Shown: positions 1 through 14,639 of the stretch, piece by piece
Numbering within the stretch: position 1 is the first letter of the stretch
Layout of the letters: every line of letters begins with the position of its first letter
Assembly (NCBI RefSeq): GCF_006345805.1
Contig: NC_043025.1
Span: forward strand, 1,922,001-1,986,000
Origin: Octopus sinensis
Taxonomy: Eukaryota
DNA length: 64,000 bases
Direction of reading: 5' to 3'
The notes under the pieces: model-generated
What the model saw: the letters and a program-made list of their open reading frames with translations, nothing else
Databases searched by the model: none
Told to the model about the DNA's origin: nothing
Made by a program: the position numbers and the translations under genes

Positions 1-1604
1 AATGAGGCGACAGGTGTTTATACATCTGGCTTTTACTCGTCCTTAATTACTAAACAATACTCTCCTCTCTCTCTCTTTCTCTCTCTCTCCTCTAATAACT
101 TAATTAAATTTAACTCTCTATAATATTTACGATGACTATGCGAGAATTTGTATGTGGGTGTCTGTGCGTGCAAACAGACATTTATCTGTCCATTTCTAAA
201 CTCATACGTATGGATGTGTATGTATGGCCGCGTAAGTGTGTGTATCTGACTGTGTGTATATCAATAGGAATATGCCACTGCATATGTGTCTGTGTGTGTG
301 TCTGTGTGTGATTGCATATGTTAGTGCGTGTGTGTGTGTGTATGTCTCTCTCTGTATGTATGTGTGTGTATACATGCATCCTTTTAACCCCCAAGTCAAA
401 CACCCCTTCACTATATAGACTAATCTCTATATACTCTCATATATTTCTCATTCGCCCAATAATAGACTCTTCCAAGGCCTTCCAAATCTGATTCACTTTC
501 TATTCAAAGATGCAAATGTTAATTTCCATTATCCTTTGCCAGGGACTTTCCTGGAAACTTTACTAACTCTTCGATCACGAAAATACCCAACACATTTATC
601 TGAGAACTCCATGGACCCCCAAAAGACTGGTAACGAATAATATCCTCGATAAAGGATATTATGCATTTCTGCATTTTCTTCTTCTTCTATCTCCAATAAC
701 GGAATGATTTGCTCAGATGGAATTCTTTACTCAATAACATGCTTAGTTATTCTAGAAACAGCTCTAAGAGACTTTGTGCATATTTGTAACCACTCTGCAC
801 AGTTCTTTTATTTGTTTCAGCCATTTCATTGCAGCCAAGCTGGAGCAATGCCTTTTTCACCGAACTTATTATTTATAAGACTTGTACTTATTCTATGAGT
901 CTCCTTTGCTGAACCACTAATTTACATGGACGTAAACTCACCAACATCGGTTGTAAAGCGATGGTGGTGGACAAACACAGACACAAAAACTCACACACAC
1001 ACACACACACACACACCACACACACACAACACCAATACTATATTATAAATTATAAAATGAATGTTCTTGAAAAAGGCTAAATGTTTTTCTTGCTCCTAAT
1101 CTGTTATAATTTATGTCCCTCCGCTCAATGATCAACCACACCTTAAAACCGTTGATACCCAATTTCTGCACCACATTTTTCTGTACAAGCCGGTGTTTTA
1201 GTGGTAACCAAACTGACAGTCACACTACATTCGACCTTCACATGACTTTCTATTGTATCAACGCTAAGGTATAATATATACTTTTATGTGGCTTTGGGGA
1301 GTGGCATGAACGGATTTCTTCTATTTGTATGTATTTCAAATTCTCGTGTAACGAACAATTCCTTTAACGAACATGGCTCGGAAAGGATTATGTGTATATA
1401 TAGAGATGGCACTGTTTGAGAAGTTTTGAGTCGAACTAATTGACCTCTGTACTTATTTTTTTAAGCCTTGTACTTATTTTATTGGAGTATATTGGTGAAC
1501 CGCTAAGTTACCGGAACGTAAACACACCAACACAAGTCATCAAGCCGTGGGACAAACACTGACACAAAGACACACACACTGATCATACAGACAGACATAT
1601 ATAG

Positions 1605-1975
1605 ACATAGAAGTGGCCGTAGAGTATGAAACACATGGTTCCGTGTTCAGTCCCGTTGCGAGACATTTGGCTGAGTGTCTTCTACTATAGCCAAGGGCCG
1701 ACCATAGTCTTGTGAGTGGATTTCAGATGATGGAACTCAAATAAGCCCGTCGTATGTGTGTGTGTGTATTTGGTGTGTTATATTTGTCCCTCCACCATCA
1801 TTTGACAACCGATGCTGGTGTGCTTACGTCCCTGTAACATAGCGGTTCTGGAAAAGAAACTGATAGAATAAGTACTAGGATTACAAAGATTAAGTCCTAG
1901 GGTCGATTTGTTCGACTAAAGGCGGAGCTCCAACATGGCCGCAGTCAAATGACTGAAACAAGTAAAAGAATAGTC
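1605..1975 (+). mobile_element. tRNA-derived SINE, family A (decayed)
   Basis: Matches the full copy at 21829-22248, including the tail gcggagctccaacatggccgcagtcaaatgactgaaacaagtaaaaga. Paralogous copy at ~10800-11170. Confidence 0.8.
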
Positions 1976-2135
1976 ACAATGGGCTTCTTTCCGTTTCCAT
2001 CTACCAAATCCACTCCTGAAGATTTTGAGAGTCCAATGGCTACGGTAGAAGACATATGCGCAGTGTGCCACGCAGATGAACTGAACCCGAAACCAGATCT
2101 GGAAGCAAGCGTCTTACCACACAGCCGCGCCTAAA
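1976..2135 (-). mobile_element. SINE family A 5' half, antisense
   Basis: Reverse complement of the family A head (ends cttaccacacagccgcgcctaa). Paralogue at ~11172-11326. Confidence 0.7.
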
Positions 2136-2643
2136 CATGCCCCCCTACACAGATTCAATCCAAGGAAACACGCATAAAGATGAAACACTCTCCAAGCCGT
2201 TCACTTTATAATTTGTTTAAACGATTAACATGGTGTCCATTAGTGAGTAATGCTGTGTTTTGTTTTATTTCTCCTACACATTGATTCCAAATTTTGGCAC
2301 AACACCAGCAATTTCAGGGGAGGAGTAAGTTGATTACATCGACCCCAGTACATAACTGATATTGATTTCATCCACCCCGAAAGGAAAAAAGGGAAAGACA
2401 ACCTCGGCGGAATATTTCTACTTAATATTTAATATTATTACATTCATGCATTTTTGAAATTGGGTGTTAAAACAGAAATTCTTCTATTTGGAGATGGTCG
2501 TCTGTTGCCAATGAAACACGCGCAATATATATTTGATATTCACTTAATTATTATTAATATCTTATTCTTATTCTTATTTTTGTTGTTATTTTTGTTGTTG
2601 TTGTTGTTGTCGTTGTTGTGGTTGTTGTTGTGGTTGTTTTTGG

Positions 2644-2990
2644 GACGCCGGGCGAAATGCTTAGCAGTATTTCGTCTACGGTTACGTTCTGAGTTCAAAT
2701 TCCGCCGAGGTCGAGATTGCCTTTCATCCTTTCGGGGTCGATTAAATAAGTACCTGTTACGCACTGGGGTCGATATAATCGACTTAATCCGTTTGTCTGT
2801 CTGTCCTTGTTTGTCCTCTCTGTGTATAACCCCTCGTGGGTAGTTAAAAAATATATATTTCATCTCTCACTACGTTCTGATTTCAAATTCGGCCGAGGTC
2901 GACTTTGTCTTTCATCCTTTCAGGGACGATAAATTAAGTACCAATTACACACTGGGTTCGATGTAATGGACTTGTCCTTGTGCTTCCAAA
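2644..2990 (+). mobile_element. tRNA-derived SINE family B, two adjacent partial copies
   Basis: cgccgggcgaaatgcttagc...gttcaaattccgccgaggtcga...ggggtcgat; matches the full copy at 44387-44607. Confidence 0.8.
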
Positions 2991-3033
2991 GACAGGATAA
3001 TAATAATAATAATAATAATAATAATTATTATTA

Positions 3034-3071
<38 letters not shown>

Positions 3072-3074
3072 TGA

Positions 3075-3280
3075 GGTTAGCTGGCAGAATCGTTAGCACT
3101 CCGGGCAAAAGGCTTGGTAGTATTTCATCCATCATTAGTTTCTGAGTTCAAATTTCCCCGAGGTCTACTTCGCATTTCATCATTTCGATGTCTATAAATT
3201 AAATACCAGTTAAGTACTAGGGGCTATGTAATCGATTAACTCACCCCCCCAAAATATTTCAGGCCGTGCCTATAGTAGGA
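3075..3280 (+). mobile_element. SINE family B variant
   Basis: Head gctggcagaatcgttagcactccgggc and B-box gttcaaattt. Paralogue at ~12218-12430. Confidence 0.75.
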
Positions 3281-3284
3281 ACGA

Positions 3285-3449
3285 CTGTTATTATTGTTGT
3301 AGTTGTTGTTATTATTATTTTTATTATTATTATTATCATTATTATTATTATTATTATTACTATTATCATTATTATCATTATTATTATTATTATATTATTA
3401 TTACTATTATTATTATTACTGTATCATTATATTATTATTATTACTATTA

Positions 3450-3489
<40 letters not shown>

Positions 3490-3491
3490 TA

Positions 3492-3535
<44 letters not shown>

Positions 3536-3580
3536 TTATTTTTGTATTATTATTATTATCATTATTATTATATTATTATT
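3285..3580. repeat. (ATT)n microsatellite
   Basis: Long imperfect TAT/ATT run; explains the poly-Ile/Leu/Tyr ORFs. Confidence 0.95.
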
Positions 3581-4023
3581 AGTTTATGTAAATTATTTCG
3601 TCTCATACTATGAACTCCTCAGCGTCTCTCTGCTCCACCTATTTCTTCTTATCCCGCTTATTCCGTATTAAAAATTACATTGAAAGTGTACTATTCTACT
3701 GTTTCTCAAGTGGATTGCTTATCAAATAATTTTTACTCGTAACAATTGTACATTTTTCCCTGGTTAAAACGGAATTTCCCACTTGGTGTGGCTCCTTGTT
3801 TTAGTAATTGTCTGTAAGTGCTATGATACTTGTGAAGCTTACTTTCAACGACGAAAATGTTTCGTTTTCACAAATGTATGTTGATGGGTGCATGAAAAAT
3901 TCGGACAAGATGAAGTAGACGGGGTGGGTAGCGCAGGTCGGTGGCGGGTGTTGAACCTCTTATTGGTGAGAGGAGGAAAAAAGACGAATGAATACACGCA
4001 CATACACAACACACACACACACG

Positions 4024-4082
<59 letters not shown>

Positions 4083-4297
4083 GTGGAGAGAGAGAGACTT
4101 TTAGTGGGGCAAACAGATCGAACCGTCTCAAGTGTAACTGCCCGAGTTGGTCGTGTCTTGTGGGACTTGACTGAGGAAAGAAAACCACGAATGAGCCGTC
4201 TATTTTTGCCTGTCCTTCTAATCGTTGTTTCTCCCTGTCCGCTTTCTATTGTTTATCTGTCCGAATCATTTATTGTCCGTATTGCGTTTTTTTTACC

Positions 4298-4352
<55 letters not shown>

Positions 4353-6167
4353 TATACACAGGTGTGAATGATTGTGTATTGAAGATATATTACTGAATGA
4401 AATTCCGACTTTGATTTTCATGATTTATTTACAATCTTATAATAATATATGATATAAGATAAGATAACATAATGAATCGATAGAATATCAAATATCCACT
4501 CTGATTGAACTAGTACTTTCATGCATTCTTCAAGTTGTATAAAAATAGTTATTGTCTGCATCATTCGAAAGAGAAATGAATTCTGCATAAGGTGTAAAAG
4601 ATAGAGGTAATTTGTATGGTCTTAGTAACAAAATATTTTGTGAGAAATAGGACTATTATCATCGGTCTTAGATTTACTTTCGCCAGCGTAGATATGTGTG
4701 TGTATAAATATTAATTTTAAATCTTAACAGGAAAGTAGCAAAAAATGATTCACCTCGATAATGCGGGCTCCAAATATGACTTCAGTTTTATTTTTTACAC
4801 AAATTAGACAAGGTTTATCCACTTATCTGAATATTCTATTACCTCATGACAGTTTATTGTATCATTTTGCGACTTGTATCGGATAAGAATACTGACCGAA
4901 GTACACATTTGTTATAACCCGTTATGTGTGGGGTTTTTTAACGGCAGTGTCAGTATTTTCTGTCGATGTATGGGATTCGCTGAACTTTAATATCCGGAAT
5001 TTCCAGAAATCACCATTCCTACACGACGCAAAGTAATATGAGATGAGGTGTTTTGCTTAAGAACGCAATACAAGTCCCTTTACGAGAATTGAAACCGAGA
5101 TCTCGCTATCGTGAATTCAGCACCATTAGCAGCGTGGACACCAATTATATTATTGAACATGGTACATGACATATGTAGGCGTGACAGCATGCCAGAAATC
5201 CTTCTTATTTACTAGGCGTTTTCCTGAAGCAACACCCATTGAATTATCATGGATCCCGAAAAAGATCTGAGCGTTACTCCTAAGTGATGTCTCTTGTCAG
5301 CTAAAGATATGGCGTTGTATCATGTAATGATAGAAAGTCTGACGCAGAAAATTGCGTTGTTTGATGTGGTGATACAAAGTCTGAGAACGAGGCCAATTTT
5401 AGGTACATATTTTTGGAGGTTTTTTGTGTGTGTTTTACTTAGGGTGTTGTGGTCGACGTTGTTGTTTGCCCTGACTGATCGTAATTTTGCACAAAGGCAT
5501 TCCAACTATAACCAACTAATTTTTTTTATTCCAACATTAGCAACCATGTCCTCCATTGTGTAAAATAAAAGCGTGTGATTGGAAAGAGATTTCGCAGCTA
5601 TTTCCAGGTGTTTGATGGAAAACATTATAAACATATCTGCGCCACAAGCCAATGTTTCCTGATTGAGTAAAGCTATGGTCAGAGGACATCCAGTGGTCAT
5701 CTTCCCATCCATTTAGTTATATAGCATTGTCTCCGGTCTCTATGTGAGCGGGGTTTTCCCTGAATTCAATTGCTTAAGTACACATGCAACCAAAAACCCA
5801 TAGGACACTTGTGTGTAGACCACTAAATACATGCTTCTAACTCCTCAGATCTGAATGCTTCGTCACCTTCCCATCCCCGCAGGACTTTCGAATGAAAAAA
5901 TAAGTTGTTCGCTTAAAAAGTATAGAGCTTAAATTAAAAATATAATATTAAACAAGAATATCCAAGCAAAATAGTCGGCAATGCCTGTACACAATGCCTG
6001 TACACAAATTTACAAATTGCTTTTCAGCGTTTCTGTCGGCTATTCGCGTTCTGAGTTCCTTTCCACCGAAGTCCCCTTTGCCTTTCATGTGTTTGTAAGT
6101 GTACCTGTGCATGTTTGTGCATGTGAATGTGTGCAATTATTGTGCAATATATGTACGTTTGTATATA

Positions 6168-6211
<44 letters not shown>

Positions 6212-6215
<4 letters not shown>

Positions 6216-6380
6216 CTTTGGAGTGTCTGTGTGGTAAGTAGCTTGTTTACCAATCACATGGTTCCTGGTTCAGTCCCAAAGCGTTGCACTTTAGGCAAGT
6301 GTCTTTTACTATAGCCTCGGGTCGACCAAGCCCTGTGAGTGGATTTGGTAAACAGAAACTGAAAGAAGCCCCTCGTATAT
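6212..6380 (+). mobile_element. SINE family A 5' part
   Basis: gtgtggtaagtagcttgtttaccaatcacatggttcctggttcagtccc...gaaactgaaagaagccc. Confidence 0.75.
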
Positions 6381-7559
6381 ATGTATATATATATATATAT
6401 ATATAATGTGTGTGTGTGTGTGTGTGGTGGTGGTGTGTGTGTGTGTATGTGTATGTGTGATTTTATTGGTCACTTTTGCCGATCCGCTATGTTATTTTTG
6501 CTTGGAACCAAATGCTCACCGAAAAATGATCGTCAGGAACAACGTTATTTTATTAAGTCTCATATTTATAGAAAGATAGAGAGAGAGGGAAAAAATAAAT
6601 CATATATATGTGTGTGTATATATAAATGTAAAATCTTAAAAGAAAAGTAAGAAAATTATTTACCTTTATAACGCCGGCTCCAAATATTACTTCAGTTTGG
6701 ATTTTTAACAGAAATTAAATCAATTTTATCCACTTATCTAAATATTCTATTTTTGTCCAACGTTCCAGGTGCTATCCGATAAGCATACTGAATGAAATAC
6801 CCTGTTGTAATAATTCTCCTTTCTTTTTTAAACGAGAGTGGCAGTATTTTCCCTTGATGTATGTGATTGGCTGAAATTCTTTAATATCCGGAAAATAAAA
6901 CTATTTTCCAGCTACTCACCATTCCTACACGTCAAGTGTTGAAATGGTCGCTGTGTAACATGAGATGAAGTGTCTTGCGCGCCATACATCTCTCGGTCCT
7001 GTATTTGAAATCACGAGCTTGTTATCGTGTGTAGCACCCTTAACCACGGTTTCATGTGTCCTCGACTTCTATTATATTACCAAAATTTTATTTTTCATAT
7101 GTCCTGGCAACACCCATTCTTATCTACTTGACGCTTTTCTAAACAACGCCATTGTTTTTATCGATTATTGGGATGGCCATATCTGCTCAAAGATACGACC
7201 TCATCTCTCGAGTTACTAAAATGCAAACCCGACGAACGAATTTTCCTCGTTTCCCAGAATATATTTCAGTTGCTTGTAAAGAATGCTTGTTGTTCACTGA
7301 TGACAAGAATATGATCATAGGCGTTTCGGTTATGATCATCCCGTCGATTTCCTTACATCGCAAAGTGTGTTGTGTTCTTTCCGTGGTTAAGACGGTAGGG
7401 TGTGAGACAATGGAATATCATTGTCTCAAATGCTTACGACAGGGCTGATAGCGCAAATGATCCAGTAATAGGCATTCATTAGTCCTGAAACCTACATCTA
7501 CAATAATTATTGTAATACATCAGATGATGTGGATGTTAATTTTCATAGATATCTCCGAA

Positions 7560-9068
7560 ATATAAGTCCGACCTTACATTTAATTTTTGCTTAGAAACTC
7601 TGTCTCCCATTTCAGCTTCCTTTCAGCAACCATAACCATGTCTCACTATTACTATTTCCTGCAACTATCTTTGCCAATCGACCATGCAAAACATTCTCAT
7701 GTCAGTTTCTCCCTTATTTTTCTGGTTTTAATTTCATATGGCTTTTTCCTTTCCTATCTCCTACTATAACTCTTGCAAATCAGATTTTCTTCACTATTAT
7801 ATATATCAACTCTGGCTAACTCTACGCTACCTTCTGGTTATATTAAACCTCTTCCACTTTCGTTATTCTAAGTAAGTGCAATGTTGCTCTTCCTAATCGA
7901 GGCTGAAGTCCTCCATTCATATTGAATTCCTTCCTTGTTCTTCTGTCTAGATTTGGTAATTCAGATTTTTTCAAATCAAAAAATTCTGCTGAAAACCGAA
8001 GTAACCATACTTCCCAAAGTTTTTACAACCTTTACTAGATTTAGAACTCTTCGCTTTCCCTTCATTAGCTTCTTCACCCTTCCGATGTACTCCTTATCTA
8101 TTTTTGTTTTTATTTCTATTGTTAGTACACTGTCAGATTCTAATACTCCGAAGCACTTATGATTCTCTTCCTTCAGTGATTTTACTCTCTTGCTATCTGG
8201 CCTTCACTGCTGACTACCTGTCCCTTTTTTATGACTGATGTTGCGCACATATCTATGCCAATTCCATACCTATATCTTTGCTGCAGAGTCTTCTAATTCG
8301 TATTAAGGAACCAAGGCTTCTAATCGTCCATCTTGAGCAAATGATTAATATTCCCTTTATCATCTCTAACTGATACCCTGCTTTTGCCTTTCTTAGTACT
8401 AAACTGACGACAGTTAAGCATAACACATATATTAATGGGGATAACGTGTCTCCCTGTAGAATTCTTCGCCCGATATTAACATTTCCTAAGGCAGTGTCAC
8501 CTGTTTCCGATTCTTTGTACTATTGCTGTAACTAATTAAGTCTCTGGTATTGTCTGCAATACTGAATATACTCAAACATTTACTTATCCGTGAGTGTTGC
8601 ATCATGTCTATTTTGGCTTTTATCTAGTTAGTTATGAATGCCTGACCGTGTGCAGTTGCTTACAAACTGTGTGTCCCGTTTCATTTTCCTTTCTGAAACT
8701 ATTAGTCTGTAACTGTCTCTTTCTGTACCCTTTCTGTTACACTGGCTCTTTGTAATTTATTTCCTGGAAATTATACACCTAATTAGATTTTATTCCTTTC
8801 AACACTTCCACATGAGGGGCAGACAGGTGATAGGCCGGCAATTATCCACTGTATTGCTTAGTTGGGATTCTTTTGGCAAAGAATTGTTTTACTTGTGGTC
8901 AGCCTCTTTGGGATTTGTACTCCGTTGTTGATAATTTATATATTTCCTTGGCTATTCTTCTGTGTAGTGATGGGGATTTTCAGCCAATATCCTTGTACCC
9001 TATCCAGTCCTGGGTATTTCCAGTTTGGCGATTTAATCACTCTGGCCCACATTGGTAGACAATATACA
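7560..9068 (-). pseudogene. Decayed R4/Dong-clade non-LTR retrotransposon, reverse transcriptase region
   Basis: Minus-strand translation across stops and frameshifts gives KSPNWKYPGLDRVQGYWLK, NCRPITCLP, GRRILQGDTLSPL, NHLLKMDD*, GIGIDMCATSVIKKG, HKCFGVLESD and NLDRRTRKEFNMNGGLQPR. These correspond to the R4-type NWKAPGPD, YRPITCL, GIFQGDSLSP, HLLYMDD and DRKTRK motifs. Confidence 0.85.
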
Positions 9069-11736
9069 ATGAGGTGACTGGCGTTTATGCATCTGCTTTT
9101 TCTCATCCTTAATTACTAAACATTCCTCTCCTCTCTCTCCTCTACTGACCTAATTTAATTTAACTCTCTATACTTATATACGATGACTATGCGAGAATTT
9201 GTATGTGTGTGTGTCTGTGCGTGCAAACAGACATTTATCTGTCCATCTCTAAACTCATACGTATGCATGTGTATGTATGGCCGCGTAATTGTGTGTATCT
9301 GACTGTGTGTATATCAATGGGAATACGCCACTGCATGTATGTGTGTGTGCGTCTGTGTGTGCATATGTTAGTGCGTGTGTGTATATGTATGTCTCTGTCT
9401 GTATGCATGTGTGTGTATACATTCATCCCCTTAACCCCCAAGTCAAACACACCCTCACTATATAGACTAATCTCTATATACTCTCATATATTTCTCATTC
9501 GCCTAATAATAGACTCTTCCAATGCCTTACAAAACTGATTCACTTTCTATTCAAAGATGCAACTGTTAACTTCCATTATCCTTTGCCAGGGACTTTCCTG
9601 GAAACTTTACTAACTCTTCGATCACGAAAATACCAGACACATTTATCTGAGAATTCCATGGTCTCCCAAAAGACTGGTAACGAATAATATCCTCGATAAA
9701 GGATATTATGCATTTCTGCATTTTCTTCTTCTTCTTTCTCCAATAACGGAATGATTTGCTCAGATGGAATTCTTTACTCAATAACATGCTTAGTTATTCT
9801 AGAAACAGCTATAAGAGACTTTGTGCATATTTGTAACCACTCTGCACAGTTCTTTTATTTGTTTAAGCCATTTTACTGCGACCATGCTGGAGCACCAGCT
9901 TTTTAATCGAACTTATTATTTGTAAGCCTTGTACTTATTCTATGAGTCTTCTTTGCTGAACCACTAAATTACGGGGACGTAAACTCACCAACATCGGTTG
10001 TCAAGCGATGGTCGGGGACAAACACAGACACACAAACTCACACACACATCCACATGATGGGCTTGGGTTTCAGTTTCCGTCTTCCAGATCCACTAACAAG
10101 GCTTTGGTCGGCCCGAGGTTATAGTAGAACGCATTTACCAAGACGCCCCACGCAATGGGACTGAACCCCGAACCATGTGATTGGTAAGCACGCTGCTTAC
10201 TAAACAGCTACTACTCCTGCACCCACACCTATATTATAAATTATAAAATGAATGTTCTTGAATAAGGCTAATATTTTTGCTTGATCATTATCTGTTATAA
10301 TTTATGTCCCTCCGCTCAATGATCAACCACTTCATATCACCTTTGATACGCAATTTCTCCACCACATTTTTCTGTTTCAGCCGGTGTTTTAGTTGTAAAC
10401 CAACTGAGCAGTCACACACATACACATACGGCCTTTACATGATTTTCTTTTGTATCAACGCTAAGGTATAATATATACATTTTATGGCTTTGGGGAGGGC
10501 ATGGAACACATTTCTTCTATTTGTATGTATTTCAATTACTCGGGTAACGAACAATTCCTTTAACGAACATGGCTTGGAAAGGATTATGTGCATATATAGA
10601 GATGCCACTGGTTTGAGAAGTTTTGAGTCGAACTAATTGACCTCAGTACTTAATGTTTTAAGCCTTGTACTTATTTTATTGGAGTATATTGGTGAACCGC
10701 TAAGTTAACGGAACGTAACACACCAACACAGGCCGTCAAGCGGTGGGACAAACACGTACACAGAGACACACACCACACACTGATACATACAGACAGACAT
10801 ATAGGCATAGGAGTGTCCGTAGAGTAAGAAACACATGGTTCCGGGTTCAGTCCCATTGCCAGACACCTTGGCTGAGTGTCTTCTATAGCCAAGGGCCGAC
10901 CAAAGCCTTTTGAGTGGATTTCATAGATGGAAACACAAATAAGCCCGTCCTATGTGTGTGTATTTGTGTGTCTATATTTGTCCCTCCACCATCCCTTGAC
11001 AACCGATGTTGGTTTGCTTACGTCCCTGTATCCTAGCGGTTCTGGAAAAGAAACTGATAGAAAAAGTAATAGGCTTACAAAGATTAAGTCCTAGGGTCGA
11101 TTTGTTCGACTAAAGGCGGAGCTCCAACATGACCGCAGTCAAATGACTGAAACAAGTAAAAGAATAGTCACGAGGCTTCTTTCCGTTTCCATCTACCAAA
11201 TCCACTCCTGAGGATTTTGAGAGTCCAATGGCTACGGTAGAAGACATGTGCGCAGTGTGCCACGCAGTGGAACTGAACCCGAAACCAGACCTGGAAGCAA
11301 GCGTCTTACCACACAGCCGCGCCTAAACATGCCCCCCTACACAGATTCAATCCAAGGAAACACGCATAAAGATGAAACACTCTCCAAGCCGTTCACTTTA
11401 TAATTTGTTTAAACGATTAACATGGTGTCCATTAGTGAGTAATGCTGTGTTTTGTTTTATTTCTCCTACACATTGATTTCAAATTTTCGCACAACACCAG
11501 CAATTTCGGGGGAGAGAGTAAGTTGATTACATCGATCCCAGTACTTAACTGATATTGATTTCATCGACCCCGAAAGGATAAAGGCAAGACAACCTCGGCG
11601 GAATATTTCTACTTAAATTTAATATTATTACGTTCATGCATTTTTGAAATTGGGTGTTAAAACAGAAATTCTTCTATTTGGAGATGGTCGTCTGTTGCCA
11701 ATGAAACACGCGCAATATATATTTGATATTCACTTT

Positions 11737-11796
<60 letters not shown>

Positions 11797-12444
11797 GGTA
11801 CGCCGGGCGAAACGTTTAGAAGTATTTCGTCTGCGGTTACGTTCTGAGTCCAAATTCCACCGAGTCCAAATTCCACCGAGGTCGATATTGCCTTTCATCC
11901 TTTTGTAGTCGATTAAATAAGTACCAGTTACGCACTGGAGGCGATATAATCGACTTAATCAGCGTGTCTGTCCTTGTTTGTCCTCTCTGTGTTTAGCCCC
12001 TTGTGGGTAGTAAAGAGATAAGTATTTCGTCTCTCACTTCATTCTGAGTTCAAATTCCGCTTAGATCGACTTTGCCCTTCATCCTTTCGGAGACGATAAA
12101 TTAAGTACCAGTTACACACTGGGATCGATGTAATGGACTTGTCCTTGTGCTTCCAGTAGACAGGATAATTATTATAATTATTATTATTTTTATTATTATT
12201 ATTATTTATCATTATTAAGGCGAAGAGCTGGCAGAATCGTTAGCACTCCGGGCAAAAGGCTTGGTAGTATTTCATCCATCATTAGTTTCTGAGTTCAAAT
12301 TCCCCCGAGGTCAACTTCACATTTCAACATTTCGAGGTCTATAAATTAAATACCAGTTGAGTACTAGGGGCTATGTAATCGACTAACTCCCCCCATCCAA
12401 GAATATGTCAGGCTTTGTGCTTATAGTAGGAACGACTATTATTA

Positions 12445-12475
<31 letters not shown>

Positions 12476-12772
12476 CATTATTATTATAATTTTTATTAGT
12501 ATAAATTCTTTCGTCTCACATACTGTGATCTCCTCAGCGACTCTCTGCTACGCCTTTTTCTTCTTATCCTGCTTATTCTGTATTAAAATTTATATTAAAT
12601 GTCTACTTTTCTACTGTTTGTCAAGTGGTTTGTTTATCAAATAATTTATACTCGGAACAATTGTACAAACGGAATTTCCCACTTGGTGCAGCTACATATT
12701 TTAGTAATTGTTTGAATGAATACACGCACATCATACACAACTCACTTATATGTTTGTGTGTGTGTGTGTATA

Positions 12773-12846
<74 letters not shown>

Positions 12847-12950
12847 GTGTGTGTGTGTGTGTGTGTGTATGTATATATATATAAGCATAATAGAAATATG
12901 TTAAAGAAAGAAAATATAAAATACACGTGGAAATGTAAGGATAAAAGATG

Positions 12951-13030
<80 letters not shown>

Positions 13031-13327
13031 TTAGTGGGGGGCAACCAGATCGAACCTTCCCAAGTGTTACTGCCCGAGATGGTCGTGACTTGTGGGACTT
13101 GACTGAGGAAAGAGAGCGTTATTTTTTTACCATTTATATATGTATGTGTGTGTGTGTGTGTGTGTGTATGTGTGTGTCTGTCTGTCAATCTATTTATAGA
13201 AGTTTCCGTTTGTTTATCTGTCTAATTATTTTTCGAATTATCTCTCTCTCTCTTTCTCACTTTCTTTCTTTTTACTTTCCCTCTCTCTCTGTTCCACTCT
13301 TTCTTTTTCTCTCTCTTTTTCCCTCCT

Positions 13328-13361
<34 letters not shown>

Positions 13362-13494
13362 CGTGTTGCTATTTTTAGTGTGCTGGTGCTGCTTGTAGGA
13401 CCTTTAATTATTAATTAATGATGCTTTACCTTATGGGATTCTTTTACGCATGTTTGCCACTTGATATTATTGTAAGCAATAATATCCTTATATA

Positions 13495-13527
<33 letters not shown>

Positions 13528-13620
13528 ATGAAACCGGTTAAGTAAATAAACATCGTTTAAATTGCATTTTCAAACCTTTTTTCTTATATAATCCCACTCG
13601 TGCGATACCCCACAACTCAA

Positions 13621-13671
<51 letters not shown>

Positions 13672-14099
13672 AGACTTTCTATATATATATATAAAGAGAC
13701 TTTCTATATATATATGCACTTATACACAGGTGTGTATGATTGTGTATAGAAGAATATATCACTGAAAGAAATTCCAACTTTGATTTTCATGATTTATTTA
13801 CAATCTTATAATAATATATGATAAGATAAGATAACATAATGAAGCGATAGAATATCAAATATCCACTCAGAGTGAACAAGTACTTTCATGCATTCTTCAA
13901 GTTGTATAAAAATAGTTATTGTCTGCATCATTCCAAAGAGAAATAAATTCTCCATAAGGTGTAAAAGATAGAAATAATTTGTATGGTGTTAGTAACAAAA
14001 TATTTTGTTAGAAATAGGATTAATATCATCGGTCTTAGATTTAATTTCGCCAGTGTAGATATGTGTGTGTATAAATATCAACTTTAAATCTTTACAGGA
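9068..14099. repeat. Segmental duplication, copy B
   Basis: Same SINE order, unique spacers and microsatellite positions as 1-4738; differs by indels at microsatellites. Confidence 0.92.
9790..10225 (-). mobile_element. SINE family A, antisense, near full length
   Basis: Tail at 9790-10040 and head at 10050-10225; the paralogue at 720-980 has lost the head. Confidence 0.7.
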
Positions 14100-14639
14100 A
14101 TATTTACAAACAAATATAATAATATTTCAAACTTTGGCACACGGTCAGTAATTTTGGAGGTGGTAGATCACCCAGTTACATCAACCCCAGTGTTCAACAG
14201 CCACTTGTATATAATTCTGCCAAGGTCGACTTTGCTTTGCACCCTTTCAGAGTCGATAATTAAGTACTAGTTGAATGCTGGAGTCAATGTATTCGACTTG
14301 CCCCTTCCCCAAAAAATTTCAGGCTTTATGCCAATAGTAGAAAAGATAATTATTATAAGGGCCAGTTTCCCAGTTTCATGGCGTATAAATTCCCCACCTG
14401 GATGGGATACCAGTCCATTGCAGGATTACTCATTTTTGCCAGATGAGAGGACTGAAACAATGGGAGATTAAATGTTTTGCTCAAGAACACAACATATTGC
14501 CCAGTCCAGGAATCGAAACTACGGCCTTACAATCATGAGCTCAACATACTAATTGCCAAGCCACATGCTTCCACAATGGATACAAGTATATATATGTTTG
14601 GGTGTGTTTATGTGTCTGTGTGTGTGTGTATAAACAAAT

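Larger units (their letters stand above)
1..4738. repeat. Segmental duplication, copy A (runs off the left edge)
   Basis: Colinear with 9068-14099, roughly 90% identity by eye. Anchors: aatgagg at 1 vs 9068, and the final shared block ...aaatctt(a/t)acaggaa at ~4738 vs ~14099. Confidence 0.92.

Noticed and set aside
4100-4140. ggggcaaacagatcgaaccgtct resembles a conserved 28S rRNA segment
   Set aside because: The match is only ~25 nt with gaps, the flanks are not rRNA-like, and the paralogue at ~13035 is more diverged.
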